In this document: positions 26,328-36,063 of the stretch, piece by piece
How the letters are laid out: each line of letters begins with the position of its first letter
Position numbering within the stretch: position 1 is the stretch's first letter
Origin: an uncultured virus (IMG/VR IMGVR_UViG_3300003937_000141)
Taxonomy: Duplodnaviria > Heunggongvirae > Uroviricota > Caudoviricetes
Reading direction: 5' to 3' (one strand)
Length of the DNA: 64,000 nt
IMG/VR virus record: IMGVR_UViG_3300003937_000141
Notes under the pieces: generated by a model
Database searches by the model: none
Told to the model about the DNA's origin: nothing
Seen by the model: the letters and a program-made list of their open reading frames with translations, nothing else
Translations under genes and position numbers: made by a program

Positions 26328-26963
26328 ATGTTACCAATAAAAATAGACAGACCTAAAGATTACTTTAAAAATAATATCCATAAGATAGTTTCGGATTATC
26401 ATAATAAGATTATGACTAATATTACTGAAACTCAAAATAAAATGGATAGTTTCATCAATGAACACCATTTAGTTTATGAACTTTTTTACGATAAAAAGGA
26501 ATTAAAACTAATGGAGAAATATCACAATAGAGCAAGAATATTAAGTACAAACGCAGGACGAATATTTGACACAGCAGTTAAATTTATTATAACAGACGTT
26601 GAAGGTGGTAAAAGTGAATACATTAATAACCCTAACCAACACCCTTCCAGATTTGAAATTGATGTTATCAACCACGATAAAAAAATAGCATATGAAATCA
26701 AATGGCGTGACGCAGGCACAGATGGCGACCATACAAATAAAGAGTTTAGAAAAGTAGATTTACTTGTTGAACAAGGTTATACACCTATTAGATTAACATT
26801 TTTTATGCCAGAGCTAGAACGTTCATTAAAATCTCAAACACAAATTATAAACTATTATGGAAAGTATGGTAAAACCTATACACAAGATAAAGCATTTGAA
26901 TATATAAATCAAATGGCAGATATAGATTTACTACAAATATTAAAAGATTTTAAAACGTTTTAA
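26328..26963 (+). CDS. ApaLI-like type II restriction endonuclease
   Basis: RILSTNAGRIFD, FEIDV, AYEIKWRDAGTDGDHTNKE, GYTPIRLTFFMP. Confidence 0.75.
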   Translation: MLPIKIDRPKDYFKNNIHKIVSDYHNKIMTNITETQNKMDSFINEHHLVYELFYDKKELKLMEKYHNRARILSTNAGRIFDTAVKFIITDVEGGKSEYINNPNQHPSRFEIDVINHDKKIAYEIKWRDAGTDGDHTNKEFRKVDLLVEQGYTPIRLTFFMPELERSLKSQTQIINYYGKYGKTYTQDKAFEYINQMADIDLLQILKDFKTF

Positions 26964-27411
26964 GATGGTCTTCGGTTAGTATAATAAAATTCATATCACG
27001 TTTTGTACACCAAGCAGCCGCCGTTGACCACTTTCTCATATTTCTCTCAAAAGTCAATAACGCATTTTTATAAACCCTACTTTCACGTAGAGGTTTTTTA
27101 GGTTTACGTGTCTGTTTTTTAGGTTTGATTTCAACAACATATTTTTTAAGTGACTTATTTGCTAGTCTTACTTTCATATAGAAATCAGGATAGTATCTAT
27201 GAGGCTTATTATCAATTGAGCGATACCAAATAACAATTTCTTCACTACCCCATTCTACCACATCTTTGTTCTTATCACAATAGAGCATAAACCTTTTCTC
27301 CCAACTAGACCTATAAATAATGTTGTTAACATTGCCTTTGTACTTTTTTATGTTCAATGGTTTGAATATACCTGTATAGGGACGTTTATCTATATTCTTC
27401 AATTTCTTCAT
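26950..27411 (-). CDS. gp4: head completion nuclease (T4 gp4-like)
   Basis: KYKGN..NIIYRSSWE, WGSEE, HRYYPDF, VEIKPKKQ, ILTEDHL. Confidence 0.93.
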   Translation of the reverse strand: MKKLKNIDKRPYTGIFKPLNIKKYKGNVNNIIYRSSWEKRFMLYCDKNKDVVEWGSEEIVIWYRSIDNKPHRYYPDFYMKVRLANKSLKKYVVEIKPKKQTRKPKKPLRESRVYKNALLTFERNMRKWSTAAAWCTKRDMNFIILTEDHLKTF

Positions 27412-27416
27412 AAATC

Positions 27417-27437
27417 TATTTATTAACAACATAAATA
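27417..27437. promoter_or_regulatory. divergent pair of late promoters (gp4 / gp2)
   Basis: AATAAATA on minus (27417-27424), CATAAATA on plus (27430-27437). Confidence 0.65.
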
Positions 27438-27442
27438 GTAGT

Positions 27443-27997
27443 ATGGCAAGTGTATTTGACAGAATTAAACTAAAAGCAGGAGATAGTGATAGGTCTGCTA
27501 CTTGGTATAGACAACAAGTAAATAAGATAGCAAGTGGTACTACTGCTAGACAACTGTTTAGAGCAGGTAGACTTAACGGAAGACCTAGTATAGGAAGACT
27601 AAATTTATTTGGTTATAATCCTAAAGGGAGAGCAACACTACCCTACTATGACATATTTCCTTTAGTGTTGCCATTAGAGCCAATACCAGCTGGGTTTATG
27701 GGTATGAACTTTCATTATTTACCACCGTTGTTAAGATTTAGGTTGTTAGAGAAAATGCAAGCAACAGCGTCTGACCAACGATTTAATAAAAACACAAGAT
27801 TTGAAGTGGCTTATGATGATGTAAAAAGTATAAAAATGGTTAAACCAACAATTAAGAAATATCTGTGGTCACATTTACAAACAGGATTTTTAAGAATTAA
27901 TGTTGATGAGGCTGCAATAGCAATAATGTTGCCTGTACAAAGATTTAAAAAGGCAAGTGTGGGACAAGTTTATTCAGATAGTAGGAGATTTATTTAA
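27443..27997 (+). CDS. gp2: DNA end protector (T4 gp2-like)
   Basis: YNPKGRATLPYYDIFPLV, GMNFHYLPP, IKKYL, LPVQRF. Confidence 0.92.
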   Translation: MASVFDRIKLKAGDSDRSATWYRQQVNKIASGTTARQLFRAGRLNGRPSIGRLNLFGYNPKGRATLPYYDIFPLVLPLEPIPAGFMGMNFHYLPPLLRFRLLEKMQATASDQRFNKNTRFEVAYDDVKSIKMVKPTIKKYLWSHLQTGFLRINVDEAAIAIMLPVQRFKKASVGQVYSDSRRFI

Positions 27998-29094
27998 TGT
28001 CAATTATTAGTGTAGGTAAAAGAATAGGTGATATGGATATCAGATTAGGTATCCCACCATCAAAGCCACATTTTGGCGTTTCAGATATCAACAAAAGAAT
28101 ATCATACAATAACGTTACATCTAATTACAATTCACAATATAACATATTCAGGTCAGGTATAACATCAGCAGGTGGGTTTGCAAGACCTTCACAATTCCTT
28201 TGTACGATTGATGGACCTCCAGTTAGATTACAACGTGGCATTTCTATTTATCCTGACTTTAATAGTAAAAAACAAGATATCCGTATGGACAAGAGTGCGG
28301 CATTAGCTAATGCAATTAAAAAGAATTTACAATTAAGAATGGACCTATTTTGCTCAAACGTAAGTTTACCATCCAGAACAATTACAGATGATGTAAACGA
28401 AACATACTATGGTCCTAAAAGAGCTCACGCAAAGAATGTTCAATATGAAGAAGTAACATTAGAGTTTTATACGAGTATAAACTATGACGAAAGATTATAT
28501 TTTGAGGCATGGCAAAACTGTATAATTGATCCTATTAGCCATAACGTAGGTTACTATGATGATTATGCTGAACCTTGTATGATTACTATAACACCATTAA
28601 CAAAAACATTTACAGCAGCCCTAGCTAATTTTCAACCGACTGGCAACCCTACTGAAGATAGACAGCAAATAAGAAAAAGTTTAGGTAATACTTCTGGTTA
28701 CTCATCTTATCAAGTGCAAATGTATGAGGTATGGCCTAAAACTATTGCTGCTACACCATTATCATATGATTCTCAAAATGCAATAATTAAAACAAGTGTT
28801 ACATTTACATACAGAAACTTTGCTACAACAGCATGGAATTGGATGGCAGATAGAGCCGCACCAATGAATAGAGAAAAGAAAAAAAATAGGCAAGAATATA
28901 GAAATAACACTACAGCCATACAGGCTAGTTTTTTAGATAATTTACCATTTGGTATTGGTAATGAAATTGGTAGAGTAGGCAGAGAGGTCTATGAAAAAAT
29001 AAAAAGAAATTTGCCTATAGGGCGAGTAACAGGAGGACGAGTATTTCCTAAGGGTTTACCAGATCCTAAAATTATACGAGATATACTATATTAA
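27997..29094 (+). CDS. tail tube/tube initiator (gp19/gp54 family)
   Basis: GGFARPSQF, CSNVSLP, YFEAWQ, GYYDDY, YEVWPKTI, VTFTYR. Confidence 0.8.
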   Translation: MSIISVGKRIGDMDIRLGIPPSKPHFGVSDINKRISYNNVTSNYNSQYNIFRSGITSAGGFARPSQFLCTIDGPPVRLQRGISIYPDFNSKKQDIRMDKSAALANAIKKNLQLRMDLFCSNVSLPSRTITDDVNETYYGPKRAHAKNVQYEEVTLEFYTSINYDERLYFEAWQNCIIDPISHNVGYYDDYAEPCMITITPLTKTFTAALANFQPTGNPTEDRQQIRKSLGNTSGYSSYQVQMYEVWPKTIAATPLSYDSQNAIIKTSVTFTYRNFATTAWNWMADRAAPMNREKKKNRQEYRNNTTAIQASFLDNLPFGIGNEIGRVGREVYEKIKRNLPIGRVTGGRVFPKGLPDPKIIRDILY

Positions 29095-29113
29095 TATTTA
29101 AAGGAGTGAAACA

Positions 29114-29833
29114 ATGAGTTTACCATTAATGAATACACCAGAATATGAATTGACTTTATCAAGGAATATAAAGGTGAAATTTAGACCGTTTTTAGTAAAA
29201 GAAGAAAAGATTTTACTAATGGCGATAGAGAACAACAACGAAGAGGAGATGATCAATATATTAATTCAAACTGTACAAACTTGTATGGTGACTAAAGATA
29301 TTGATGTTACAAAATTACCAGTTTATGATTTTGAATGGTTATGGTTAAACATAAGGTCAAAATCAATTGGTGAGGTTATAGATTTAAAACTGAAATGTCC
29401 AGATGATGAAACACAAGTGGTTGATTATAATTTTAACATTGACCAAGTTAAACCAGATTTTAATAAAGAAGTGGAAACTAATATAAAGTTTTCAGAAAAT
29501 TATGGTGTAATTATGAAAGTGCCAACTGTTAAAGAAGTAGCAAATAAGAAAACCATAATGGATTTAACAGTTAATTTGATGAAGGAGTGTATTGCACAGA
29601 TTTATAACGGAGAGGAGATATTTGAAGTTAAGGATATTGAACCAAAGGAACTAGACGAATTTATAGATAATTTGACAATGCCTCAATTTAAAAAGATAAG
29701 AGCATATTTTGAGGAGTTGCCAATCATATCTCATACAATTAAGTATAAGAATCCTAAATCTGGTGCTGAACACGAAATGTTGTTACAAGGTGCGGCTGAT
29801 TTTTTTCAGTTACCCTCTTACACGAAAGCCTAG
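29114..29833 (+). CDS. gp26: baseplate hub assembly chaperone (T4 gp26-like)
   Basis: MSLPLMNTPEYEL, FRPFLVKEEKILL, IRSKSIGE, ...GAADFF. Confidence 0.9.
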   Translation: MSLPLMNTPEYELTLSRNIKVKFRPFLVKEEKILLMAIENNNEEEMINILIQTVQTCMVTKDIDVTKLPVYDFEWLWLNIRSKSIGEVIDLKLKCPDDETQVVDYNFNIDQVKPDFNKEVETNIKFSENYGVIMKVPTVKEVANKKTIMDLTVNLMKECIAQIYNGEEIFEVKDIEPKELDEFIDNLTMPQFKKIRAYFEELPIISHTIKYKNPKSGAEHEMLLQGAADFFQLPSYTKA

Positions 29834-29997
29834 AGAGTTTTTATAGGACGAATTTTGCTTTAATGCAATACCATAAATACTCATTGAACGATTTAGAGTC
29901 AATGCTACCGTATGAGAGGGAGATATATGTAGATTTACTGATACAGCACATTAGAGAAGAAAACGAAAAGTTAAGAGAGAAACAAAGGGGAAATTAA
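29800..29997 (+). CDS. gp51: gp51-like hub assembly catalyst, probably read by -1 frameshift from gp26 (first ATG at 29863)
   Basis: -1 frame reads FFSVTLLHESLESFYRTNFALMQYHKYSLNDLESMLPYEREIYVDLL; begins at T TTT TTT right after an in-frame TGA. Confidence 0.8.
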   Translation, partial: FFSVTLLHESLESFYRTNFALMQYHKYSLNDLESMLPYEREIYVDLLIQHIREENEKLREKQRGN

Positions 29998-29998
29998 A

Positions 29999-30313
29999 AT
30001 GTTAGAAGGAACTATAACAAAAGCAAAGAAAACAGGAATAGATACCATTAAGTTGGTGTGGGAATTCTTTACAGATGAAATACCACACGTGCTATCTAAT
30101 TGGAGATTTGTTCCAAGAGCAATGATGTTATTATATTGTTATGCTTTCTATAGTACTATGAACTGGTTTATGGCATTACCTGAACCTAACAACGCACAGG
30201 CTGGTTTTGTATCAGTAGTTGTTGGTGCTGGCGCTGCCTGGTTTGGTTTATATGTTAATAGTGGTGGAGTTAATAAGAAACCAGAGAAGAAAAAAGATAC
30301 AACAATAGGTTAA
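29999..30313 (+). CDS. small 2-TM membrane protein
   Basis: WRFVPRAMMLLY...WFMALPEP...QAGFVSVVVGAGAAWFGLY. Confidence 0.75.
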   Translation: MLEGTITKAKKTGIDTIKLVWEFFTDEIPHVLSNWRFVPRAMMLLYCYAFYSTMNWFMALPEPNNAQAGFVSVVVGAGAAWFGLYVNSGGVNKKPEKKKDTTIG

Positions 30314-30318
30314 GTTAA

Positions 30319-32091
30319 ATGGCAGTTAAATCAGCAATCTTTAAAAAAGGAACAGCAGATAATTTTAATAAGATTCTTAAAAAGCAAAAACTGGAAGAGT
30401 CCGATCCGAAGTTTGCCATATCTGATTCTTTACAAGAATACCAGCAACAATTAGAAAAGTCAGCTGGTTATCAGAACCAAGTCAAGCTTGATAAGGCGAA
30501 TATTAGACAAGATGTAATTAATTTTGTTATTGATTATACTGTTGGCGACCTTGACCAATTAAAAGGTATGGACTTTGATGAAGCCAAAACACAACAAAAG
30601 GTTACAGAAAAGACCATTAAAGAGTATGAAGGTTTACATAAAAAAGGTGTATTAAATGATGAAGAAATTGTTTACATAAAAGAAACTGTTGGTAGAACAA
30701 ATGCTGAATTAAAAAAGGTGTTAGGTCTTTCAACCAGATTATCATTATCATTTAGAGATTTCAAAAAAGAATTAAAACCACTTAAATTAGCACAACGATT
30801 TGGTATGACAAGAATACCAATACTTGGTAAGAAAATAGAAAGAGCAATTGAAGCAGACGAAAGAGCTGAATCTAAAGCCTTAGGAATGAAAAGGCAATTG
30901 CGTAGAAAAGGACAAAAGGCCGAGTTTAAATCAGGTGGATTTAATCAGGCTGATTTAGCGTCTCCAAAATCATCAGGTGGTAGAGAAGATTTGGCTGGAA
31001 GAGCAGCCACTTCAGGCATATTAGGTATGGGTGCAAAGAGTACTGGAGATCCAGAAAAAGATGTTGAAGAAGAACGAGAGTCAGATAAACAATTTGATAC
31101 ATCATCTGGCCTATTAGAAAGAATACTTGAGGAGAGTGAATTAACAAATGAATTACTAGGGGCAGAGAAAAAACAAGGTAAAAGCTTTTTACAAAAAATG
31201 GCAACATTGGCATTGGCTATAGGAGGAATAGGTGCGGCCATAGGTTTAGCAATGACGCCATTGCTTGCGCCATTGGCGACAATGGGAGCATCCATTGCCA
31301 ATTCGGTGAGAAGTGCGCTTGGGTTCCCTAAAACAAATGTAAAAGGTGGGAATGTAAAAGGTGGGGCAACCAATGCTCATATGCGAAGTAAGACCAAGAC
31401 ATTTAAAAAACCTGTCAAACCACCACTTCTTTTAACCGACCAGAGTAAGAAAAACTTAAAGATAAAAGATTCAAAAGTAGCTAACGTAAAAAACACCAAG
31501 GTAGTAGCTAATGCCGCTAAAAAAGGAAGTGCCCTTGCCAAGTCAGCCAAGTTTGCTGGAAATGCAGTTAGAGTAGGTGGTAAATGGTTATGGCCAGTTG
31601 CAGCTGTTATGGGAGCATTTGACGCTGCTAGTGGTTATGCAAATGCAGGTGAAATATTAGGTAAAGAAGAAGGTGACGAGGTAACTACAAGAGATAAAGC
31701 ATCAGCAAGTTTTGCTTCATTCTTATCTGGTGTAACAATAGGTCTTATAAACCAAGAGAAAACTGCTAAATGGTTTGCTGGTAAAGACCACCTGAATCAG
31801 GATCAAATAGAATTAACTCAATCACATTCAAGGGCGAACTTGTACAACAAGGCATGGAATCATCCAATGGCTAAAAATGACAAATCTAAATTGGCAAAAG
31901 TAGAGGAGATGAAATTAGATAACGTTGAGAAATTAGATATTATATACAACGGCAGTAAATTGCCATTCAATGTAAACAATCAAAACAACATAGACAACAC
32001 AAGTAAAACAACAATAATTGATAATAAAACTACATCAATCAAATCAGAAAATCCAGATGGGCTGGTATCTGAATTTAGTCAAATAAAGTAG
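30319..32091 (+). CDS. tail tape measure/hub protein (gp29-like)
   Basis: Helical Ala/Gly/Lys-rich with hydrophobic segments; lies between gp26/51 and gp48. Confidence 0.65.
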   Translation: MAVKSAIFKKGTADNFNKILKKQKLEESDPKFAISDSLQEYQQQLEKSAGYQNQVKLDKANIRQDVINFVIDYTVGDLDQLKGMDFDEAKTQQKVTEKTIKEYEGLHKKGVLNDEEIVYIKETVGRTNAELKKVLGLSTRLSLSFRDFKKELKPLKLAQRFGMTRIPILGKKIERAIEADERAESKALGMKRQLRRKGQKAEFKSGGFNQADLASPKSSGGREDLAGRAATSGILGMGAKSTGDPEKDVEEERESDKQFDTSSGLLERILEESELTNELLGAEKKQGKSFLQKMATLALAIGGIGAAIGLAMTPLLAPLATMGASIANSVRSALGFPKTNVKGGNVKGGATNAHMRSKTKTFKKPVKPPLLLTDQSKKNLKIKDSKVANVKNTKVVANAAKKGSALAKSAKFAGNAVRVGGKWLWPVAAVMGAFDAASGYANAGEILGKEEGDEVTTRDKASASFASFLSGVTIGLINQEKTAKWFAGKDHLNQDQIELTQSHSRANLYNKAWNHPMAKNDKSKLAKVEEMKLDNVEKLDIIYNGSKLPFNVNNQNNIDNTSKTTIIDNKTTSIKSENPDGLVSEFSQIK

Positions 32092-32109
32092 GATTAACTA
32101 AATAGTATT

Positions 32110-33210
32110 ATGGGATTTCAACCTTTCAAAGCATTAAAAACAATAATAAATGGACTGAAACAACCTTCGTCTGTTTTACAAGGACCTACTATAGGTGGAT
32201 GGAATAAAAAGACAATAGCACCAAATAAAAGAGGTATTATTCATTACAACCCTACTGATATGGACTATTCAGGCCATGTGCATTCAGGATCTGATAAGTT
32301 TTATGTTTATCCATTAGACCACAAAGACCAAGAGCATTACATTTTATTTGATATCATAGAGCGTATACCAGATAAATCAGGAGTTGAATTTAACGTGGTT
32401 CAAGGTGCAGGTCATTCAAAACACCAAGACAATTTAAGCAAGGTTGTATATGGTACAAATAGATTTTTTTCTGAAGGTACAGGTAATCTTATATGGGGGA
32501 TGCCTACAGGTAAAGGCAATCATAGAGTTGTAAAACATACAATTGCAGTCTATATGCCACAAACACTTAAATTTAATATGCAGGCAGACTATGGCGCTGA
32601 AGAAGTAGGTTTTGCTATAGGTGCGTTTGCAAAACTAAAAGACGCCCTTGCTGGCGATAAATTTTGGGGCGAGGATATAAAGTCTATAGCTGTAGCGTCA
32701 CAAGGGTTAGTAGCAAATATTGCCTCCTTTGCAAGTGGTGGATTACTGGCAGGTGCTGGAGCGGCCTTGCAACGTAGAACTGGTATTGCACCAGCAGCTA
32801 TGACAGAAATGGTATTTAATGGTATAGATTACCGAACATTTAGTTTCACATTTAAATTTACACCTAGAAGCAAAAAAGAATCCGATGTTGTAAATAGTAT
32901 GCTACACACTATAAAAGACGCCATGTTACCTATGAAATTTGGCAAAGGTCCATCTGTTGCAGCCTATCGTGTACCACACGAATTTGTAATTAGATTTATG
33001 AAAGGCACTAATATTAACCCATACATAGACCAAATCGGATTGTGTGCTTGTACAGGTGTTGATATAGATTATGGTAGTGATAAGTTTTCAACACACGTTG
33101 CTGGTGATCCTGTGTCAATAGACGCAACACTAACTTTTAAAGAATTAGAACTAATGGAAAGAAGTAGATATAACCAATTAAGACAAAGTGCTTCTGAAAG
33201 TAGAACATAA
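32110..33210 (+). CDS. gp48: baseplate tail-tube cap (T4 gp48-like)
   Basis: YPLD, IAVYMP, FNGIDYRTFSFTFKFTPRSKKES, LTFKELE; late motif CTAAATA upstream. Confidence 0.88.
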   Translation: MGFQPFKALKTIINGLKQPSSVLQGPTIGGWNKKTIAPNKRGIIHYNPTDMDYSGHVHSGSDKFYVYPLDHKDQEHYILFDIIERIPDKSGVEFNVVQGAGHSKHQDNLSKVVYGTNRFFSEGTGNLIWGMPTGKGNHRVVKHTIAVYMPQTLKFNMQADYGAEEVGFAIGAFAKLKDALAGDKFWGEDIKSIAVASQGLVANIASFASGGLLAGAGAALQRRTGIAPAAMTEMVFNGIDYRTFSFTFKFTPRSKKESDVVNSMLHTIKDAMLPMKFGKGPSVAAYRVPHEFVIRFMKGTNINPYIDQIGLCACTGVDIDYGSDKFSTHVAGDPVSIDATLTFKELELMERSRYNQLRQSASESRT

Positions 33211-33740
33211 TGCCAGAATATTTTACTCATTTTCCTAAGATATATTATGACGCCGCTGGTAAAGGTAACTTTAAACTTGTTACAAACCTATTAAGACGAG
33301 TGCAAATGACAGCTGGATTAAAAGAGATTGCAGCTGTATTTGACGAGTATGATATAGGTGGCGAAGATACACCTGAATCAGTATCAGAATCGCAGTATGG
33401 AGACCAAAGTTACTACTGGATTATATTGTTGTTTAATAATATCAAGGACAGATTTTATGACTGGCCTTTAACTACAGCTCAACTTGAAACATATATAAAC
33501 GACAAGTATGCTGATCCTAATGGCGCTCATCATTATGAAATAGTACAAACTAGTGGTGCAACAACTTCATATGACGACTCACACACAATAAAAGTTAATA
33601 GTACAGAAGCAGGTGCTACCCTTATTACAAATTCCGAATACGAACAACGATTACAACACAAAAAGGGACGGATTAGACTAGTCAGGCCTGAATTTTTAGA
33701 TTTAATAACAGACGAGTTTACAACATTGATAGGAGCATAA
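33210..33740 (+). CDS. gp53: baseplate wedge subunit (T4 gp53-like)
   Basis: YFTHFPKIYY, DTPESVS..YGD..YYWIILLFNNI, DWPL, HHYE. Confidence 0.92.
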   Translation: MPEYFTHFPKIYYDAAGKGNFKLVTNLLRRVQMTAGLKEIAAVFDEYDIGGEDTPESVSESQYGDQSYYWIILLFNNIKDRFYDWPLTTAQLETYINDKYADPNGAHHYEIVQTSGATTSYDDSHTIKVNSTEAGATLITNSEYEQRLQHKKGRIRLVRPEFLDLITDEFTTLIGA

Positions 33741-33741
33741 T

Positions 33742-35745
33742 ATGGCCTTTGCCAATACTACTGGTCACAAATATAATGATTTCTCCTACAGATATCCTGG
33801 TGACTTTCGGACATCTGAAATAATCCTATACAGTTATGGTGGTTCTCAAATTGAAATAGCAGGACTTACTGGTACTGTAAATATATACCAATCTTTAGAT
33901 TCAGGATTTCTATCAGGTAACATTCTGTTCTTTGATAGTGTAGGCGCTGTAAATAAATTACCTATTATTGGTAATGAGTTTTTAGAGTTTAAGTTTAGAA
34001 CACCTATAGACGCAGGTGGTGATGAAGAACTGGATGCTACAAACCATAGATTTCAGGTCTATGAAAAGAAGTCAGTAAAAACAACCCAAAATGTACAGGC
34101 TGTTGGCTTGTATTTTACATCAATAGAATCAATCAGAAATGAGCGAACAAGAGTATCCAAATCCCTTGCAGGTTCATATGCTGAAATGGTTAATAATATT
34201 GTCAAAGAGGACAAACAATTATTGGCTAGTAAGAAGGACTTGTTTATTGATCCAACACTAGGCAATTACAAATACACATTCCCCAATTGTAGACCAATAG
34301 AAGCTGTACGTCATATGGCCTATATGGCAGAACCAGTTAATTTCAAAACACCACATTATATGTTTTATGAAAACAATAGAGGTTTTCACTTCAGGTGTTT
34401 GGAGAGTTTATATAGAGAGAGTGCTAACAACCAAGACAATAGAAAGTTTGTTGCTTATTTTGATTTACTATCAGCATTTAATCCTAGTTTCGGACCAAGT
34501 GATATTCAAACTGAATCACCAATTGTTAAACCATATTCATTTAAATTTAACGACTCATACAATACACTAACAAATACAAGACGTGGTATGTTTGGTAGTG
34601 TGATGTATAAGCATAATATGATTGACAAGAAATTTGAAAAAACTAAAATGTCATATACAAGCTATTATGAACAGGCATTACACATAGACGCACCAGATGG
34701 TTCGCCTTCACAAATGAACAAGTACCAAGGTGTTATGCCACCTGGTCCTGCTGATTTTGATGAAGACATTACAGTTGATGATAAATCAGCTGGTTCAGAT
34801 AGTCACCACCACGTTGAAGCATTAAAGAAATCAATATTGTCAAAAGCAAATGGTGCTGATCAACGTAAATACATGGACGATTATTTTGCTCGTGTATTTG
34901 TGGTACCTGAAACAAAGAAGAACCATAATATGAATATAGATGGCGACCACCTTGATCCTAGATTGGAACAGAAACAAAACCTATCAGAAGCATTACGAGA
35001 TTATTTCTCAATGACTATAGATGTACCAGGCAATTTCACATACAACGTGGGTGATTTAGTATGGTGTGAAGTGCCATCATTTAATGCTGCTGAGGCGACC
35101 AATGATGGTACGATTAAAAGATATGATGTAATAGACCAATTGTTAACAGGTCGTTACCTAATCAAATCTCTACACCATCAAATGGACTTCATAGAACGAA
35201 AGCACACTACTTCGGTAACTGTAGTTAGGAACATATTTGCGACAGATTTACCAAATGCAGATACCTTTAAGGCACAAGCACATTTCAGAACGAAATCAGT
35301 AGATGTAATAGGGTCAGGTATTGATATCTCAACCCTAGTACCTTTAAAGATTAAGAATTTGAAGATACCATCCCCTCAAATTAAGACGGTAGAAGACATA
35401 GCCAAACAATTAGGGGTAGATATCAACAGTACAGACTTAAACATCAAGGATGCCGCTAATAAGGCGGTTAACAACGTGCTAAACAGTACTTCTAATAGAG
35501 TAATACAATTAAAACATCTTGCGAAAATCAACAGTACTATATTAACACGTAAAACTGTAATTGAGAAAATCGCAGAAAAGGCGAAACTAGCATTAGGGGG
35601 TATCAATTTATCAAACGTAAACAACATACCACCATCAATGCGTGGGACAATGAAGGGCAATATCAGTAGCTTTGTTCAATCAGCAACGGTGGCATTTAAG
35701 CAGAACTTCTCTAAAGCCAAGAGTTTCTTTAAAGGATTCTTCTAA
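33742..35745 (+). CDS. baseplate hub/tail protein (gp27-like position)
   Basis: LPIIGNE, YMFYEN..GFHFR, VPGN..YNVGD, LTGRYLI..LHH; between gp53 and gp5. Confidence 0.6.
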   Translation: MAFANTTGHKYNDFSYRYPGDFRTSEIILYSYGGSQIEIAGLTGTVNIYQSLDSGFLSGNILFFDSVGAVNKLPIIGNEFLEFKFRTPIDAGGDEELDATNHRFQVYEKKSVKTTQNVQAVGLYFTSIESIRNERTRVSKSLAGSYAEMVNNIVKEDKQLLASKKDLFIDPTLGNYKYTFPNCRPIEAVRHMAYMAEPVNFKTPHYMFYENNRGFHFRCLESLYRESANNQDNRKFVAYFDLLSAFNPSFGPSDIQTESPIVKPYSFKFNDSYNTLTNTRRGMFGSVMYKHNMIDKKFEKTKMSYTSYYEQALHIDAPDGSPSQMNKYQGVMPPGPADFDEDITVDDKSAGSDSHHHVEALKKSILSKANGADQRKYMDDYFARVFVVPETKKNHNMNIDGDHLDPRLEQKQNLSEALRDYFSMTIDVPGNFTYNVGDLVWCEVPSFNAAEATNDGTIKRYDVIDQLLTGRYLIKSLHHQMDFIERKHTTSVTVVRNIFATDLPNADTFKAQAHFRTKSVDVIGSGIDISTLVPLKIKNLKIPSPQIKTVEDIAKQLGVDINSTDLNIKDAANKAVNNVLNSTSNRVIQLKHLAKINSTILTRKTVIEKIAEKAKLALGGINLSNVNNIPPSMRGTMKGNISSFVQSATVAFKQNFSKAKSFFKGFF

Positions 35746-36063
35746 ATGAACAAAACATTGAGCCAGCTCAAAGTTTACTGCGAGTTTGAAAAAATTTTCC
35801 ATAAGGGTATGGCCACAAGAGAGGCCACATTAGAGATATGTACAAACAATGTAAGAGAGAACTATTTTGAACTATACAAAAGGATCAAAGACAATTTGAA
35901 ACAAATGAAAGATATAATCACAAATAAATCAATGAAACAAAGAGGATATCAAAGATGGCCTCAGCGTAGTGCTACGCACGGCGGCGCCTACGCAGCTTCA
36001 TTAAATACGGATAAATATAATAGCGTGAGTGGTTTAAATACGGCTCTTTATGGGAATTTTTAA
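35746..36063 (+). CDS. hypothetical protein
   Basis: ORF exactly fills the gap; no recognisable motif. Confidence 0.4.
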   Translation: MNKTLSQLKVYCEFEKIFHKGMATREATLEICTNNVRENYFELYKRIKDNLKQMKDIITNKSMKQRGYQRWPQRSATHGGAYAASLNTDKYNSVSGLNTALYGNF

